From positions 55,131 to 119,130 of the IMG/VR virus record IMGVR_UViG_3300008740_000712: DNA of 64,000 nucleotides. One strand, given 5' to 3'. This document shows positions 40,700 through 48,701 of this stretch, piece after piece. Within the stretch, counting starts at the first letter, position 1, and every line of letters starts with the position of its first letter. Source of the DNA: a virus. The notes beneath the pieces are model-generated. The model did not search any database and had not been told where the DNA came from. It saw nothing but the letters and a program-made list of their open reading frames with translations. The position numbers and the translations under genes were made by a program.

Positions 40700-40847
40700 T
40701 GGTGGAGGAGAGAGGATTCGAACCTCTGTCTCTTGTGTGCGAATTGGGTGTTTTTCCAATTAAACTACGGTATTTAACCGACAGACTCGAACTGCCATCT
40801 CTCAATTCATAGCACACACAATTGTTTTCCCACTAAACTACTCCCCC
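40700..40847 (-). ncRNA. Nested double-tRNA: tRNA-Ala-like shell with a circularly permuted second tRNA body fused through the anticodon arm
   Basis: Reverse complement parses as GGGGGAG TA GTTT AGTGGGA AAAC A ATTGT GTGTG CTATGAA TTGAG AGAT GGCAG TTCGAGT CTGTC GGTTAAATACCG TA GTTT AATTGGAA AAAC A CCCAA TTCGCAC ACAAG AGAC AGAGG TTCGAAT CCTCT CTCCTCC ACCA. It has two D-arms, two T-arms and one acceptor stem with G3:U70, A73 and CCA. Confidence 0.85.
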
Positions 40848-40859
40848 TTTATAATTCTC

Positions 40860-40887
40860 ATTGTATCACATTTATTGGATTTGTTAT
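40860..40887 (-). promoter_or_regulatory. Putative sigma70-type promoter of the tRNA-like RNA
   Basis: ATAACA-16 nt-TACAAT with an extended -10 (TG-A-TACAAT), 12 nt upstream of the RNA 5' G. Confidence 0.5.
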
Positions 40888-40901
40888 ATAATTTTCTTTC
40901 T

Positions 40902-41669
40902 TCACAAAATTGCTTGAACCTTAGTTGGTTCGAAAAGCATTCTTTCTTTCCACACTGGGTATGCTCCGTGGCCACCGTAAATCACATATCTAACACCATC
41001 TCGATGAAATAAATTCTTTATGACGGAAACGAGCATAGTCATCATAATCCCATCCCTAAGATGATCGGCATCTGCCAAAATAAGGTGAACAAGTACGGTT
41101 TCTCCCTCTATCGCAATTCTACAGTATCCATACAACCTTTCATTAGTAACTCTATCATCTTGTTTGTAGTTTTTTAAGTACCTGAAGATGCCATGCCACA
41201 AAGAATAGTGGTTCTGATCTTCCCATCTATGTTCACCACCAGTGTGCATCCCAGAAAAATTCTCAGGCTTTTGCAAGTACCACGGATTCATATTTCCTTT
41301 TCGTCTTTGTTGTGAAAAGTTAATCTTTGAAAAGTCCTGCACAAACTCATTAAAATCGTATTCTCTTACATAATATTTCTTTTTTTTGCAGTTCTCTATA
41401 TCTCTCCTGACATTTGCGGATAGATTACTGTAATATTTTTTAAAATCATAATCATATTTCTCTAAATCAATGACGGACATCCCGGCGGTGCCGGAATAAA
41501 GGGGGTGAGTGCCGTTATTTATGCTTTTTATAACATTCTCATATTCTCGTCCATTGAAATTATCACGACAATGATTCAAGTCCCACAACTTATAACAATC
41601 GGAATGATAAGAAATTCCTTGCAATTTTATTCTTTCGTTATTATAAAGTTTTGGATATATTGTTTTCAC
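40902..41669 (-). CDS. GNAT-fold protein, FemAB / Acetyltransf_6-like
   Basis: SVIDLEKYDYDFKKYYSNLSANVRRDIENCKKKKYYVREY matches the Fem-like xDL...L....RRxI.K...V pattern; the C-terminus has a GNAT-like strand/helix order (LYGYCRI...VHLILAD...GIMMTML...YVIYGG). Confidence 0.6.
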   Translation of the reverse strand: MKTIYPKLYNNERIKLQGISYHSDCYKLWDLNHCRDNFNGREYENVIKSINNGTHPLYSGTAGMSVIDLEKYDYDFKKYYSNLSANVRRDIENCKKKKYYVREYDFNEFVQDFSKINFSQQRRKGNMNPWYLQKPENFSGMHTGGEHRWEDQNHYSLWHGIFRYLKNYKQDDRVTNERLYGYCRIAIEGETVLVHLILADADHLRDGIMMTMLVSVIKNLFHRDGVRYVIYGGHGAYPVWKERMLFEPTKVQAIL

Positions 41670-41986
41670 TTCATCTCCTCTATCATAAAAAATTCTCTTG
41701 AGTTTATTGCTTTGTCACAAATAAAAATATCATAAGATGGTTTGCCCATCTTCAATTCTGCGTACTTAACTCCCCAATCGTCCAATTGCGTGGATGTAAG
41801 CAAAGAGTGATCTTCTCCCGTGGTGCCTCCCCTGGCAGTCCAATATACTATGGTATGGCCAGCATCATAAAATTTGTTAATTTTTTCTATATTTTTAACC
41901 AGAGGTGTTGCAGCTGCATAATCTCTTTTTCCACTTGTCTTCGGATGTTCGCAAATAGTCTCGTCAATATCAACATATATAATCAT
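41666..41986 (-). CDS. Small HAD-superfamily phosphatase (capsule-biosynthesis type)
   Basis: IYVDIDETIC, VYWTARG, MGKPSYDIFICDKA. Confidence 0.8.
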   Translation of the reverse strand: MIIYVDIDETICEHPKTSGKRDYAAATPLVKNIEKINKFYDAGHTIVYWTARGGTTGEDHSLLTSTQLDDWGVKYAELKMGKPSYDIFICDKAINSREFFMIEEMK

Positions 41987-42703
41987 TTAATAATCCTCCC
42001 AACTCAATACGGGATTGGATAGTCTATCGTCTATACTCTTTCCGTTTGGTCGTATTCTAGTAAACCTAATTGGGTATCTCCCTATCCGCAGGCCGGATGT
42101 GGTCAGGTGCCAAAAGAGGGTAGATTCAGCATGTAGTGATCCACCCTGTGATACAAATTCCCTAACTCGTTCATATTCAGAAAGGTATATCTGCATATTC
42201 TCATAGTTGCTCACTGCGAACCTATCATTGCAACCTCCGCCCTGAACTCTGTCGAAATTGTGGAAATCGGGGACACACATATTTGCAAGATCTAAATCCT
42301 TGGGGATGTGCTTTAGAAAAGATATATCTAATCTCGAAAAAACAACCTTATCGTAAATGAAGTTATTTTCCCTACAATGCTCCCTAATCATCTCTCCACA
42401 TTTCTTTCTCGACAACAGCATGTTCAGATATGTTTGTTTTGGGAATTGACCGGAGTGTGGGCCTGCGGGCCAATTGTGTTGCCAACGAAGACCTTCCAAC
42501 TCGATTTCTTCATCGGACTCTACTTTTAGTTGTATAATGTTCTCGTAGTTCAGATGCTCGTGTACCTGATCTATAAATTTTGAATCGGAGACATGGGCAA
42601 ATATATCACATTGCTCTTCAGTATCTATGAGGTACTTCTTTAAGTTCTCGTGAGTATACTTTAACGATCTCCCTGTTCCAGTGAAGCAAATTGCTGTTTT
42701 CAT
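41987..42703 (-). CDS. Putative glycosyltransferase / glycan-modifying protein
   Basis: MKTAICFTGTGR, YDKVVFSRLDI, CNDRFAV, HAESTL pattern; context in the glycan island; start moved to ATG 42703. Confidence 0.5.
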   Translation of the reverse strand: MKTAICFTGTGRSLKYTHENLKKYLIDTEEQCDIFAHVSDSKFIDQVHEHLNYENIIQLKVESDEEIELEGLRWQHNWPAGPHSGQFPKQTYLNMLLSRKKCGEMIREHCRENNFIYDKVVFSRLDISFLKHIPKDLDLANMCVPDFHNFDRVQGGGCNDRFAVSNYENMQIYLSEYERVREFVSQGGSLHAESTLFWHLTTSGLRIGRYPIRFTRIRPNGKSIDDRLSNPVLSWEDY

Positions 42704-42713
42704 TTTCTTTTTC

Positions 42714-43640
42714 CTAATAGTTTGCATACCAAGGTGAATCAATAATTGAGTATGTTTTTATAAGTTCTCTTATTCCATCATCTAGATCATAAAGACAAGA
42801 AAATCCCTTAGAATAAAATTTGTCACTGCTGACGATGTAATCTCTGACATCTGGATCTGAATTAAACTCTGTCCTTATTATCTCTATGGGGGAGTGCTTG
42901 TTTATTGTTTTTGCCAGCTGTAGTTTGTTCATATTCAACGAGTCGTTACCGACGTTGTATGTTTCGTTCTTACATTTATCCCAATTTTCTATAACGAACA
43001 AGAAAGACCGGCAAACGTCGTCGATGTGAATGTAATTTCTCATAAACTCACATTCGTATAAGACGATCACCCTATCCTTCAATGCTCTTAGGACAAAATT
43101 ATTAACCAACAGATCACTTCGCATCCGACTGCTTGGCCCGAAGACTGTGGCAAGTCGGAATGTAACATGATTGTCTGCTTGCCTATAAAACTCCTCTGCT
43201 TCAACCTTTGTTTTGCCATATAGGGAAACGGGAGTGAGTGGTGATTCCTCGGTGCAGACTTTTCCATCCAATGATTTTCCGTATCCTGAATTTGTACATG
43301 GGTAAATGACAATCTGTTCTTTTGATTTGTTTTCTGCTATCCACTTATTTATATCTCTATTTATCTCTTCGGCATCTCTTGGACTGCGGTCGCACAATGG
43401 GAAACCAACTAGGGCAGCTAGTGGGATTATCACGTCACTGTCTCTCATCAGTGGTTCCAGTATGCTCGTATTTCGAACATCACCCTTAACAAAATTAAAG
43501 TTTTTCTCCTTGGTATATCTAAGGAGTGAGGTGTGATCATACATCAGACTGTCAACGACGGTGACTTGATGGTCTGGTAAAAGATATGATAACAATTCAC
43601 TTCCTATATATCCAGCACCTCCTGTAATTAAGATTTTCAT
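42714..43640 (-). CDS. NAD-dependent nucleotide-sugar epimerase/dehydratase
   Basis: MKILITGGAGYIG, PLAALVG, YGKTK, FRLATVFG; start moved to ATG 43640. Confidence 0.9.
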   Translation of the reverse strand: MKILITGGAGYIGSELLSYLLPDHQVTVVDSLMYDHTSLLRYTKEKNFNFVKGDVRNTSILEPLMRDSDVIIPLAALVGFPLCDRSPRDAEEINRDINKWIAENKSKEQIVIYPCTNSGYGKSLDGKVCTEESPLTPVSLYGKTKVEAEEFYRQADNHVTFRLATVFGPSSRMRSDLLVNNFVLRALKDRVIVLYECEFMRNYIHIDDVCRSFLFVIENWDKCKNETYNVGNDSLNMNKLQLAKTINKHSPIEIIRTEFNSDPDVRDYIVSSDKFYSKGFSCLYDLDDGIRELIKTYSIIDSPWYANY

Positions 43641-43641
43641 A

Positions 43642-44037
43642 CTATTCTTCTCCCAATATATTAGAGGTCGAAAAATTACCGACCCTATCAAAATACTTAA
43701 CCTCTCGGCAATATTGGCTCCCTACCACTGGTTTTTCCATATAGTCCGATCCAACAACTATGAAGTCCGGATCATAGATCCTAATCTTGTCTTCCAGTTC
43801 CATCGGTGAGGCAAAGGAGACTACTTCATCTACATATTTTATCGAAGACATCATCTCCACTCTATCAGAAAGGGTGTTTATCGGTCTTGTTTTTCCCTTG
43901 TCTCTTCTCACCTTTTCGTCAGTATCCAATCCGACGACGAGGGTGTGCCCAAGTGAACTTGCGTACTTCAACATCTCAATGTGGCCAATGTGAAGGATGT
44001 CAAAACACCCATTTGTCCACACTCTTATATTTCTCAT
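43642..44037 (-). CDS. HldE/RfaE domain II-like nucleotidyltransferase (HIGH family)
   Basis: VWTNGCFDILHIGH, LVVGLDTD, KGKTRPIN, IVVGSDY, FSTSNIL. Confidence 0.85.
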   Translation of the reverse strand: MRNIRVWTNGCFDILHIGHIEMLKYASSLGHTLVVGLDTDEKVRRDKGKTRPINTLSDRVEMMSSIKYVDEVVSFASPMELEDKIRIYDPDFIVVGSDYMEKPVVGSQYCREVKYFDRVGNFSTSNILGEE

Positions 44038-44041
44038 CTCA

Positions 44042-44794
44042 TTAGGTGTCTCGGTCAACTACAACAACCCCCTTTCGCTGAACAACACTGGTTGCACACT
44101 TGTTTGCAAACTGTAGTGAAAAATTAACATCACCTGTTTTAAGGATCTGCGTTGCGAAAGCTGCTAAAAAAGTATCTCCTGCTCCTGACAGGTCTTTGAT
44201 TTCGACCTTCTTGACTGGGAAAGTTTTTTTCCCGTATAAGCATCCGGATGAACCCTTTGTAATAATCAATTTCTCATCCAACCATTTCTTGTTTTCTATA
44301 AACTCTCTGCTTCTCTCATACTCAATCTCATTAACTTTTATAAAAGTTATGTTCTTGGCCCATGTGCCCAAAATCTTTTTTGTATCCAAAAAAGTACAAC
44401 CATGCTTTGAGGATATTTCAAAAATATCTTCCTTCTTTAAGAAACCCTTATCATAATCTGAGATAACAATTGCATCATATTTTTCGTAATCTATCCTGCC
44501 TATGTCTTCTATCCTCTTTACGGACTCTTCACCTGAATCGACTCTAACGATCATGTGGTTTGTCTTTTCCTCCACATACCTCGTCTTTGTAACTTCGTCA
44601 AGATTAGTGATCAAGTCACACTCCACTCCGAGGGAGATCAAGTTAGAATAAACATTACCAGACATACCTTTGCTTATAATATTTTTCGTTGGTACGAAAA
44701 CAGGAACAGGTGCATCGGGGCATTGCCTGTCGGCAGTGCCGTAAACGTAAACATCCTTACAACTGTCTCCTATAACAAGAACCCTCACTTCCAA
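44042..44794 (-). CDS. HldE/RfaE domain I-like heptose-7-phosphate kinase (PfkB family)
   Basis: LVIGDSCKD, PDAPVPV, IVISDYDKG, DLSGAGDTF. Confidence 0.85.
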   Translation of the reverse strand: MEVRVLVIGDSCKDVYVYGTADRQCPDAPVPVFVPTKNIISKGMSGNVYSNLISLGVECDLITNLDEVTKTRYVEEKTNHMIVRVDSGEESVKRIEDIGRIDYEKYDAIVISDYDKGFLKKEDIFEISSKHGCTFLDTKKILGTWAKNITFIKVNEIEYERSREFIENKKWLDEKLIITKGSSGCLYGKKTFPVKKVEIKDLSGAGDTFLAAFATQILKTGDVNFSLQFANKCATSVVQRKGVVVVDRDT

Positions 44795-45195
44795 CTAATC
44801 TCCCAATCTTTAAAATCAGCTGCCAGACAGTCAACTTTATAATCCTTCCTGCCACCAGCAATTTCTTGGATTTTATTTTTTGAGGTGTTCCTTATCCCAT
44901 TTAGTCCATGCGTGAGTTCCAAATTGTTACCATCCTTGATTCCTCTTCTGTAATTGCTTTCATTGTGCCAAATGTGAAGATTCATTTGTGAGAGAACGAC
45001 GATGGCTCTGATTATCTCTGCTCCGATGTCTTCTTCGCAATCCCTTAAACATATATCGATGTCGTGGACGATTTCGGAAATCTCTTTTGCATATTCCTCT
45101 TTGTGTTCTGGTATGAACACTTCCTTTAGTTGAGCTATTGACAATCTGTCAATTAATTCACTCAGTGTTGGTAAATATTTTCTCTCTTGCTTCAT
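44785..45195 (-). CDS. Hypothetical helical protein
   Basis: YLPTLSELIDRLSIAQLK...IWHNE; ATGA overlap at 45192-45195. Confidence 0.65.
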   Translation of the reverse strand: MKQERKYLPTLSELIDRLSIAQLKEVFIPEHKEEYAKEISEIVHDIDICLRDCEEDIGAEIIRAIVVLSQMNLHIWHNESNYRRGIKDGNNLELTHGLNGIRNTSKNKIQEIAGGRKDYKVDCLAADFKDWEISWK

Positions 45196-46145
45196 AACAT
45201 CTCCCTTTTGTACCAATCCACAGTCTTGGCAAGACCTTCTCTTAAAGTGTGTAACTTATTATCAACCGTCCACCCATACAATCTCTTTGATTTATCTATG
45301 TTCAGTACTTTCCTCTTTACTCCGACAAAACGATCTGTGTTATATACGATGTCTCCCTTAAACCCAGATACATCTTTAATCATTTCTGCTAAATCAGAAA
45401 TCCTGGTTTCTTCTCCGCAACCGATATTAATCAAATCTCCGTCATGGTCGCAGGTTAATAGTAGTCCAGTAATCTGATCTTCTACAAATATCAACTCGCG
45501 GGTTTGGGTGCCATCTCCCCATACTTCCACTTCCCCCTTATCGTCCCTAACTGCTTCACAAAATTTCTTAATCAAAGCAGAAACGACATGACTCTTTGTT
45601 GGATCAAACTCATCATGTGGTCCATATAGGGTCGCGAAGACAGCAGTTGTACCTGGCAAATCGTACTGTTGCTTGTATGCTCGGATTCCTTGCTGCATCA
45701 GGCACTTTGTCAATCCGTATGTCTCGACAGAGGGATGTAGTGGTCCAGTAAAATAATCACTCTCTGACAGCACTGGAATGTCTCCGGGGTACGAACATGT
45801 GCTGCCGATGCCTACGATGCGGGAATCTGGTTGGAACCTCTTGCGGCACTCCAGTACGTTCGTGTGAATAAGGTTATTCTTATAAAATTGATCTGCTGGA
45901 TATTTTATTGTGAAGTCTCCTGCTCCTTGGAAAACAGCTGCATGGAATATTATATCATAGTCTTTCATTGTGAAGAGTTCTTTTGTCCTCTCCCAATCCA
46001 TTAGATTATAATTTCTTCCGGTGGCAGTCACATCTATTCCAGAGTCCCTAAGCAGGGGGACCATATTTTTCCCAAGGAATCCAGTTCCTCCGGTAATCAA
46101 AACTGTTTTATATTTTTCACTAAATTTTCTTATTACTTCTTGCAT
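45192..46145 (-). CDS. fcl: GDP-L-fucose synthase-like epimerase/reductase
   Basis: TGGTGFLG, GSTCSYP, YGLTK, LYGPHDEFDPTKSHVVSALI, EVWGDGTQTRELIFVED. Confidence 0.8.
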   Translation of the reverse strand: MQEVIRKFSEKYKTVLITGGTGFLGKNMVPLLRDSGIDVTATGRNYNLMDWERTKELFTMKDYDIIFHAAVFQGAGDFTIKYPADQFYKNNLIHTNVLECRKRFQPDSRIVGIGSTCSYPGDIPVLSESDYFTGPLHPSVETYGLTKCLMQQGIRAYKQQYDLPGTTAVFATLYGPHDEFDPTKSHVVSALIKKFCEAVRDDKGEVEVWGDGTQTRELIFVEDQITGLLLTCDHDGDLINIGCGEETRISDLAEMIKDVSGFKGDIVYNTDRFVGVKRKVLNIDKSKRLYGWTVDNKLHTLREGLAKTVDWYKREML

Positions 46146-46454
46146 CTACCACCTTATCTTTCCAGTTATAATATCCTTGCACATAATGATGTCACACATC
46201 TTTGCCTTTAGTGTTGTAATTCCGTAATCACCAGCACCGTCCCAAGCAAGAGGTTTGTTTTTTTCGAACAAAATATGTCCGGCCCAAGCAAAGGGGTAGA
46301 CGATGAATGGGGAAAAGATCAGAAACCAATATATTTCAAAATATAAACACAAAAGTACAAAGGAGACAGTAAAAACTTGGCCAATGAAGTGGAGTCGTCG
46401 ATTCCATCGGTTCTGATGTAATGATAGGTAGAATTTATAATATTCTTTTAACAT
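46146..46454 (-). CDS. DUF962 / Mpo1-like small membrane protein
   Basis: YLSLHQN..NRRLHFIG and FAWAGHILFEKNKP motifs. Confidence 0.75.
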   Translation of the reverse strand: MLKEYYKFYLSLHQNRWNRRLHFIGQVFTVSFVLLCLYFEIYWFLIFSPFIVYPFAWAGHILFEKNKPLAWDGAGDYGITTLKAKMCDIIMCKDIITGKIRW

Positions 46455-47291
46455 CTAAGTGGTGACTCCTCTCTTTGGCAATAATCCAACTTCATCAATC
46501 CAATAATCCAGAAACAATTTATCTTTGTTGGAGTCTCTCAGGATCTCTTCATATTGATTGTTTAAATAATCTTCATCTATGATTTTCCAATCGTCAACGA
46601 CCATTATTGGCATGTCCTCGTAGAAAGAAATATTGTGGCACCTCTCGACGACGGGGATTGTGCCGACAGATATTGACTCCCATATTCGGTGACAATCAAT
46701 TCCTGCTCCGGGTGGTGATACAGTAAACTTACTCTTTCGTAAGTCAACAATGTATTCCCCAAATGGTTTAGGCCCGGATTGTTTTACAAAAGTTTTATTT
46801 AAAAAAGTCTCCTGAATAGGTGTCCTCTTTGTGGAGTTTGTTGAAACATCAAAATTCATATACATTAGGTGTTCTTTCTCCAGTATCTCTGAATTTGCAT
46901 TTTGTATTAAACTGTAGTCTCCATGCATCCACCTATAATTTGCCAGACCGAGTGGCAATGAAAATAGTTTTGGATGTGGGAAATTAGCATTTTGAGCAAA
47001 CCAGTTTATTACTTTTGGATTCTCCAGCAAACTTACAAAATCCTCGTTTATTCCAAGGGCACTATTATGGGTTATAATGTTTATATCATAATCAATAATG
47101 GGAAGCACGTTATCTTCAAAAAGTTTTATATAATCCGTCTTAACGAAAACGAATTGGCCGTGGTGCGATATACTGGAGGCGGGATCATTTCTAAACTCGT
47201 CAAACACCATGTGGCATCGGTTTCGGAACCCCATACCTGTGACATAGGGGTAGGAGTCCATAGTGGCAGGTACGTCATCTCTGAAAGGCAT
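46455..47291 (-). CDS. Exostosin/GT47-like glycosyltransferase
   Basis: SKFTVSPPGAGIDCHRIWESISVGTIPVV. Confidence 0.7.
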   Translation of the reverse strand: MPFRDDVPATMDSYPYVTGMGFRNRCHMVFDEFRNDPASSISHHGQFVFVKTDYIKLFEDNVLPIIDYDINIITHNSALGINEDFVSLLENPKVINWFAQNANFPHPKLFSLPLGLANYRWMHGDYSLIQNANSEILEKEHLMYMNFDVSTNSTKRTPIQETFLNKTFVKQSGPKPFGEYIVDLRKSKFTVSPPGAGIDCHRIWESISVGTIPVVERCHNISFYEDMPIMVVDDWKIIDEDYLNNQYEEILRDSNKDKLFLDYWIDEVGLLPKRGVTT

Positions 47292-48051
47292 TTTTACTCT
47301 TCCTTGCTTTTTCTAAAATATCATTTATCTCTTCTTCGTAATTGCTAAATGGTCGAGGCATATGATAGTCAATATACCCACCAGATGATAACATTCCCTC
47401 ATCATATGCGGAAGCTTCGGATCTATCTACCCTGCCTATGGTGATTGCCGATCCATTATTAAACCCTCTTCTTAGAAATACCGTTCTCTCATCTTTGTCA
47501 ACCCAATTCCACCATTTTTGGAAAAACACTTTTTCATCTGTATACCATCCGTAAGAATGTTTCATCCAAGTTTCAACCTCTGGGATAAAATTGTGAATGT
47601 TAGATCTCAAGATCTTTTCGAACGTATTTCCAGTGGCACACATGTAGCACATAGGGAAAGCAGGGTAAGCAGGGTTTCCTGGCAAATAAGCATCAGCAGA
47701 ATAGAAAATAATATTGTCTGCATCAAGTGACTTTACTGGGTCTTTAAAATATCTCGTTTGTAAAGGGAGCATATCCAAGTCAGATATTAGACACATGTCG
47801 TCAGGGAACAAGGTTGTTCCGAAAAAACGGATAATCTGTGCTTGCTGTGCTGATGGAACGGAGTCTGATGGTGTTTGATAATATACATCTCCATACTTAG
47901 TGCTTAAATTTAAATCCTCATTGCCGATGACGAATAGAGTTGGTCTTATCCCAACATTCTCGCTCCATGCTTCAGAGACTATATTCCAAAATTCTAAATA
48001 ATCTCTATTATCATTTGATGACAAAATTACTCTATCTATTTCCATCTTCAT
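47275..48051 (-). CDS. Putative glycosyltransferase
   Basis: IIRFF...CLISDLDMLP (DxD), YIDYHMPRP; glycan-island context. Confidence 0.55.
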   Translation of the reverse strand: MKMEIDRVILSSNDNRDYLEFWNIVSEAWSENVGIRPTLFVIGNEDLNLSTKYGDVYYQTPSDSVPSAQQAQIIRFFGTTLFPDDMCLISDLDMLPLQTRYFKDPVKSLDADNIIFYSADAYLPGNPAYPAFPMCYMCATGNTFEKILRSNIHNFIPEVETWMKHSYGWYTDEKVFFQKWWNWVDKDERTVFLRRGFNNGSAITIGRVDRSEASAYDEGMLSSGGYIDYHMPRPFSNYEEEINDILEKARKSKNAFQR

Positions 48052-48697
48052 ATTCCATCAAAACCCTAACGTGCTCTTCGACGGTCTGTTCGTTTTCATC
48101 AAAAACTTGTCCCACAAAATTGCCTGCGGTTCTTTGAGATGGAAATTCCCTTCCTTCAAAGAATGGGTCGTGAACCAACATATCGGAAGTTACTAGGGGA
48201 TAGACTTTGCGGCCGAAGAACCAGTAATCAGTACCATATTCGTCTGTTTGCGAAAACTCTGATATTAGTTTCTTCATCTGGGGTAGGACACCTTTTTTGA
48301 CTCCCCACATTCCACCAAGGACAGGATATTTGTGCCAAGGGTGATCTCTCATTATGTGAAAACCCTTATCACTAGAAACCCACTCATCAACTGCCATTTT
48401 CTCTCTAGCACTTAACCTGCTATCTGTATCCCTAGAGATCATGATATCAACGTCGTCCTCTGCTGCTGGTTCGAACCTCCAGAACATGGATGTCCAATCA
48501 CCGTCGGAATCCATATACTTAACCTGTGTGTTGTCCATGTTCTCAAGGGATTCTATTATATCTTGCGGCACCGATCTAGCAACATAAAACCTACATACCC
48601 AATCAGGGTATATATTCTTTGCCAGTTCTGCATTCCTCAATGCTCCCACTGTATACTTGGGGTTTGTGCCCCAAAGGCTGAAAGAGATTATCTTCAT
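48032..48697 (-). CDS. Putative GT-A glycosyltransferase
   Basis: IISFSLWG, MFWRF, ISRDTDSRL (DxD), GFHIMRDHPWH, GGMWG. Confidence 0.6.
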   Translation of the reverse strand: MKIISFSLWGTNPKYTVGALRNAELAKNIYPDWVCRFYVARSVPQDIIESLENMDNTQVKYMDSDGDWTSMFWRFEPAAEDDVDIMISRDTDSRLSAREKMAVDEWVSSDKGFHIMRDHPWHKYPVLGGMWGVKKGVLPQMKKLISEFSQTDEYGTDYWFFGRKVYPLVTSDMLVHDPFFEGREFPSQRTAGNFVGQVFDENEQTVEEHVRVLMEYEDGNR

Positions 48698-48701
48698 GTT
48701 G

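Noticed and set aside
40700-40847. tmRNA (Ala identity, GGGG 5' end, CCACCA 3' end)
   Set aside because: Only 148 nt, no tag reading frame or pseudoknots, and it has complete D-arms, which tmRNA lacks.
40700-40847. Two ordinary tandem tRNA genes, or a tRNA with a group I or archaeal BHB intron
   Set aside because: Read as tandem genes, neither acceptor nor anticodon stems pair (ATTGT/TTGAG, CCCAA/ACAAG); they pair only crosswise. The insert is far too short for group I, and the junction has one 5-nt bulge rather than a 3-4-3 BHB.
41666-41986. Assigning the HAD protein as GmhB
   Set aside because: At 106 aa it is too short and lacks the GmhB zinc-binding Cys motif; left as a generic HAD phosphatase.
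45192-47291. TAG readthrough or recoding, suggested by two consecutive in-frame TAG-ATG junctions
   Set aside because: The same abutting layout occurs with TAA (41986/41987, 63257/63258), each ORF is a complete known family, and multi-kb genes contain no internal TAG. Code 11 fits.
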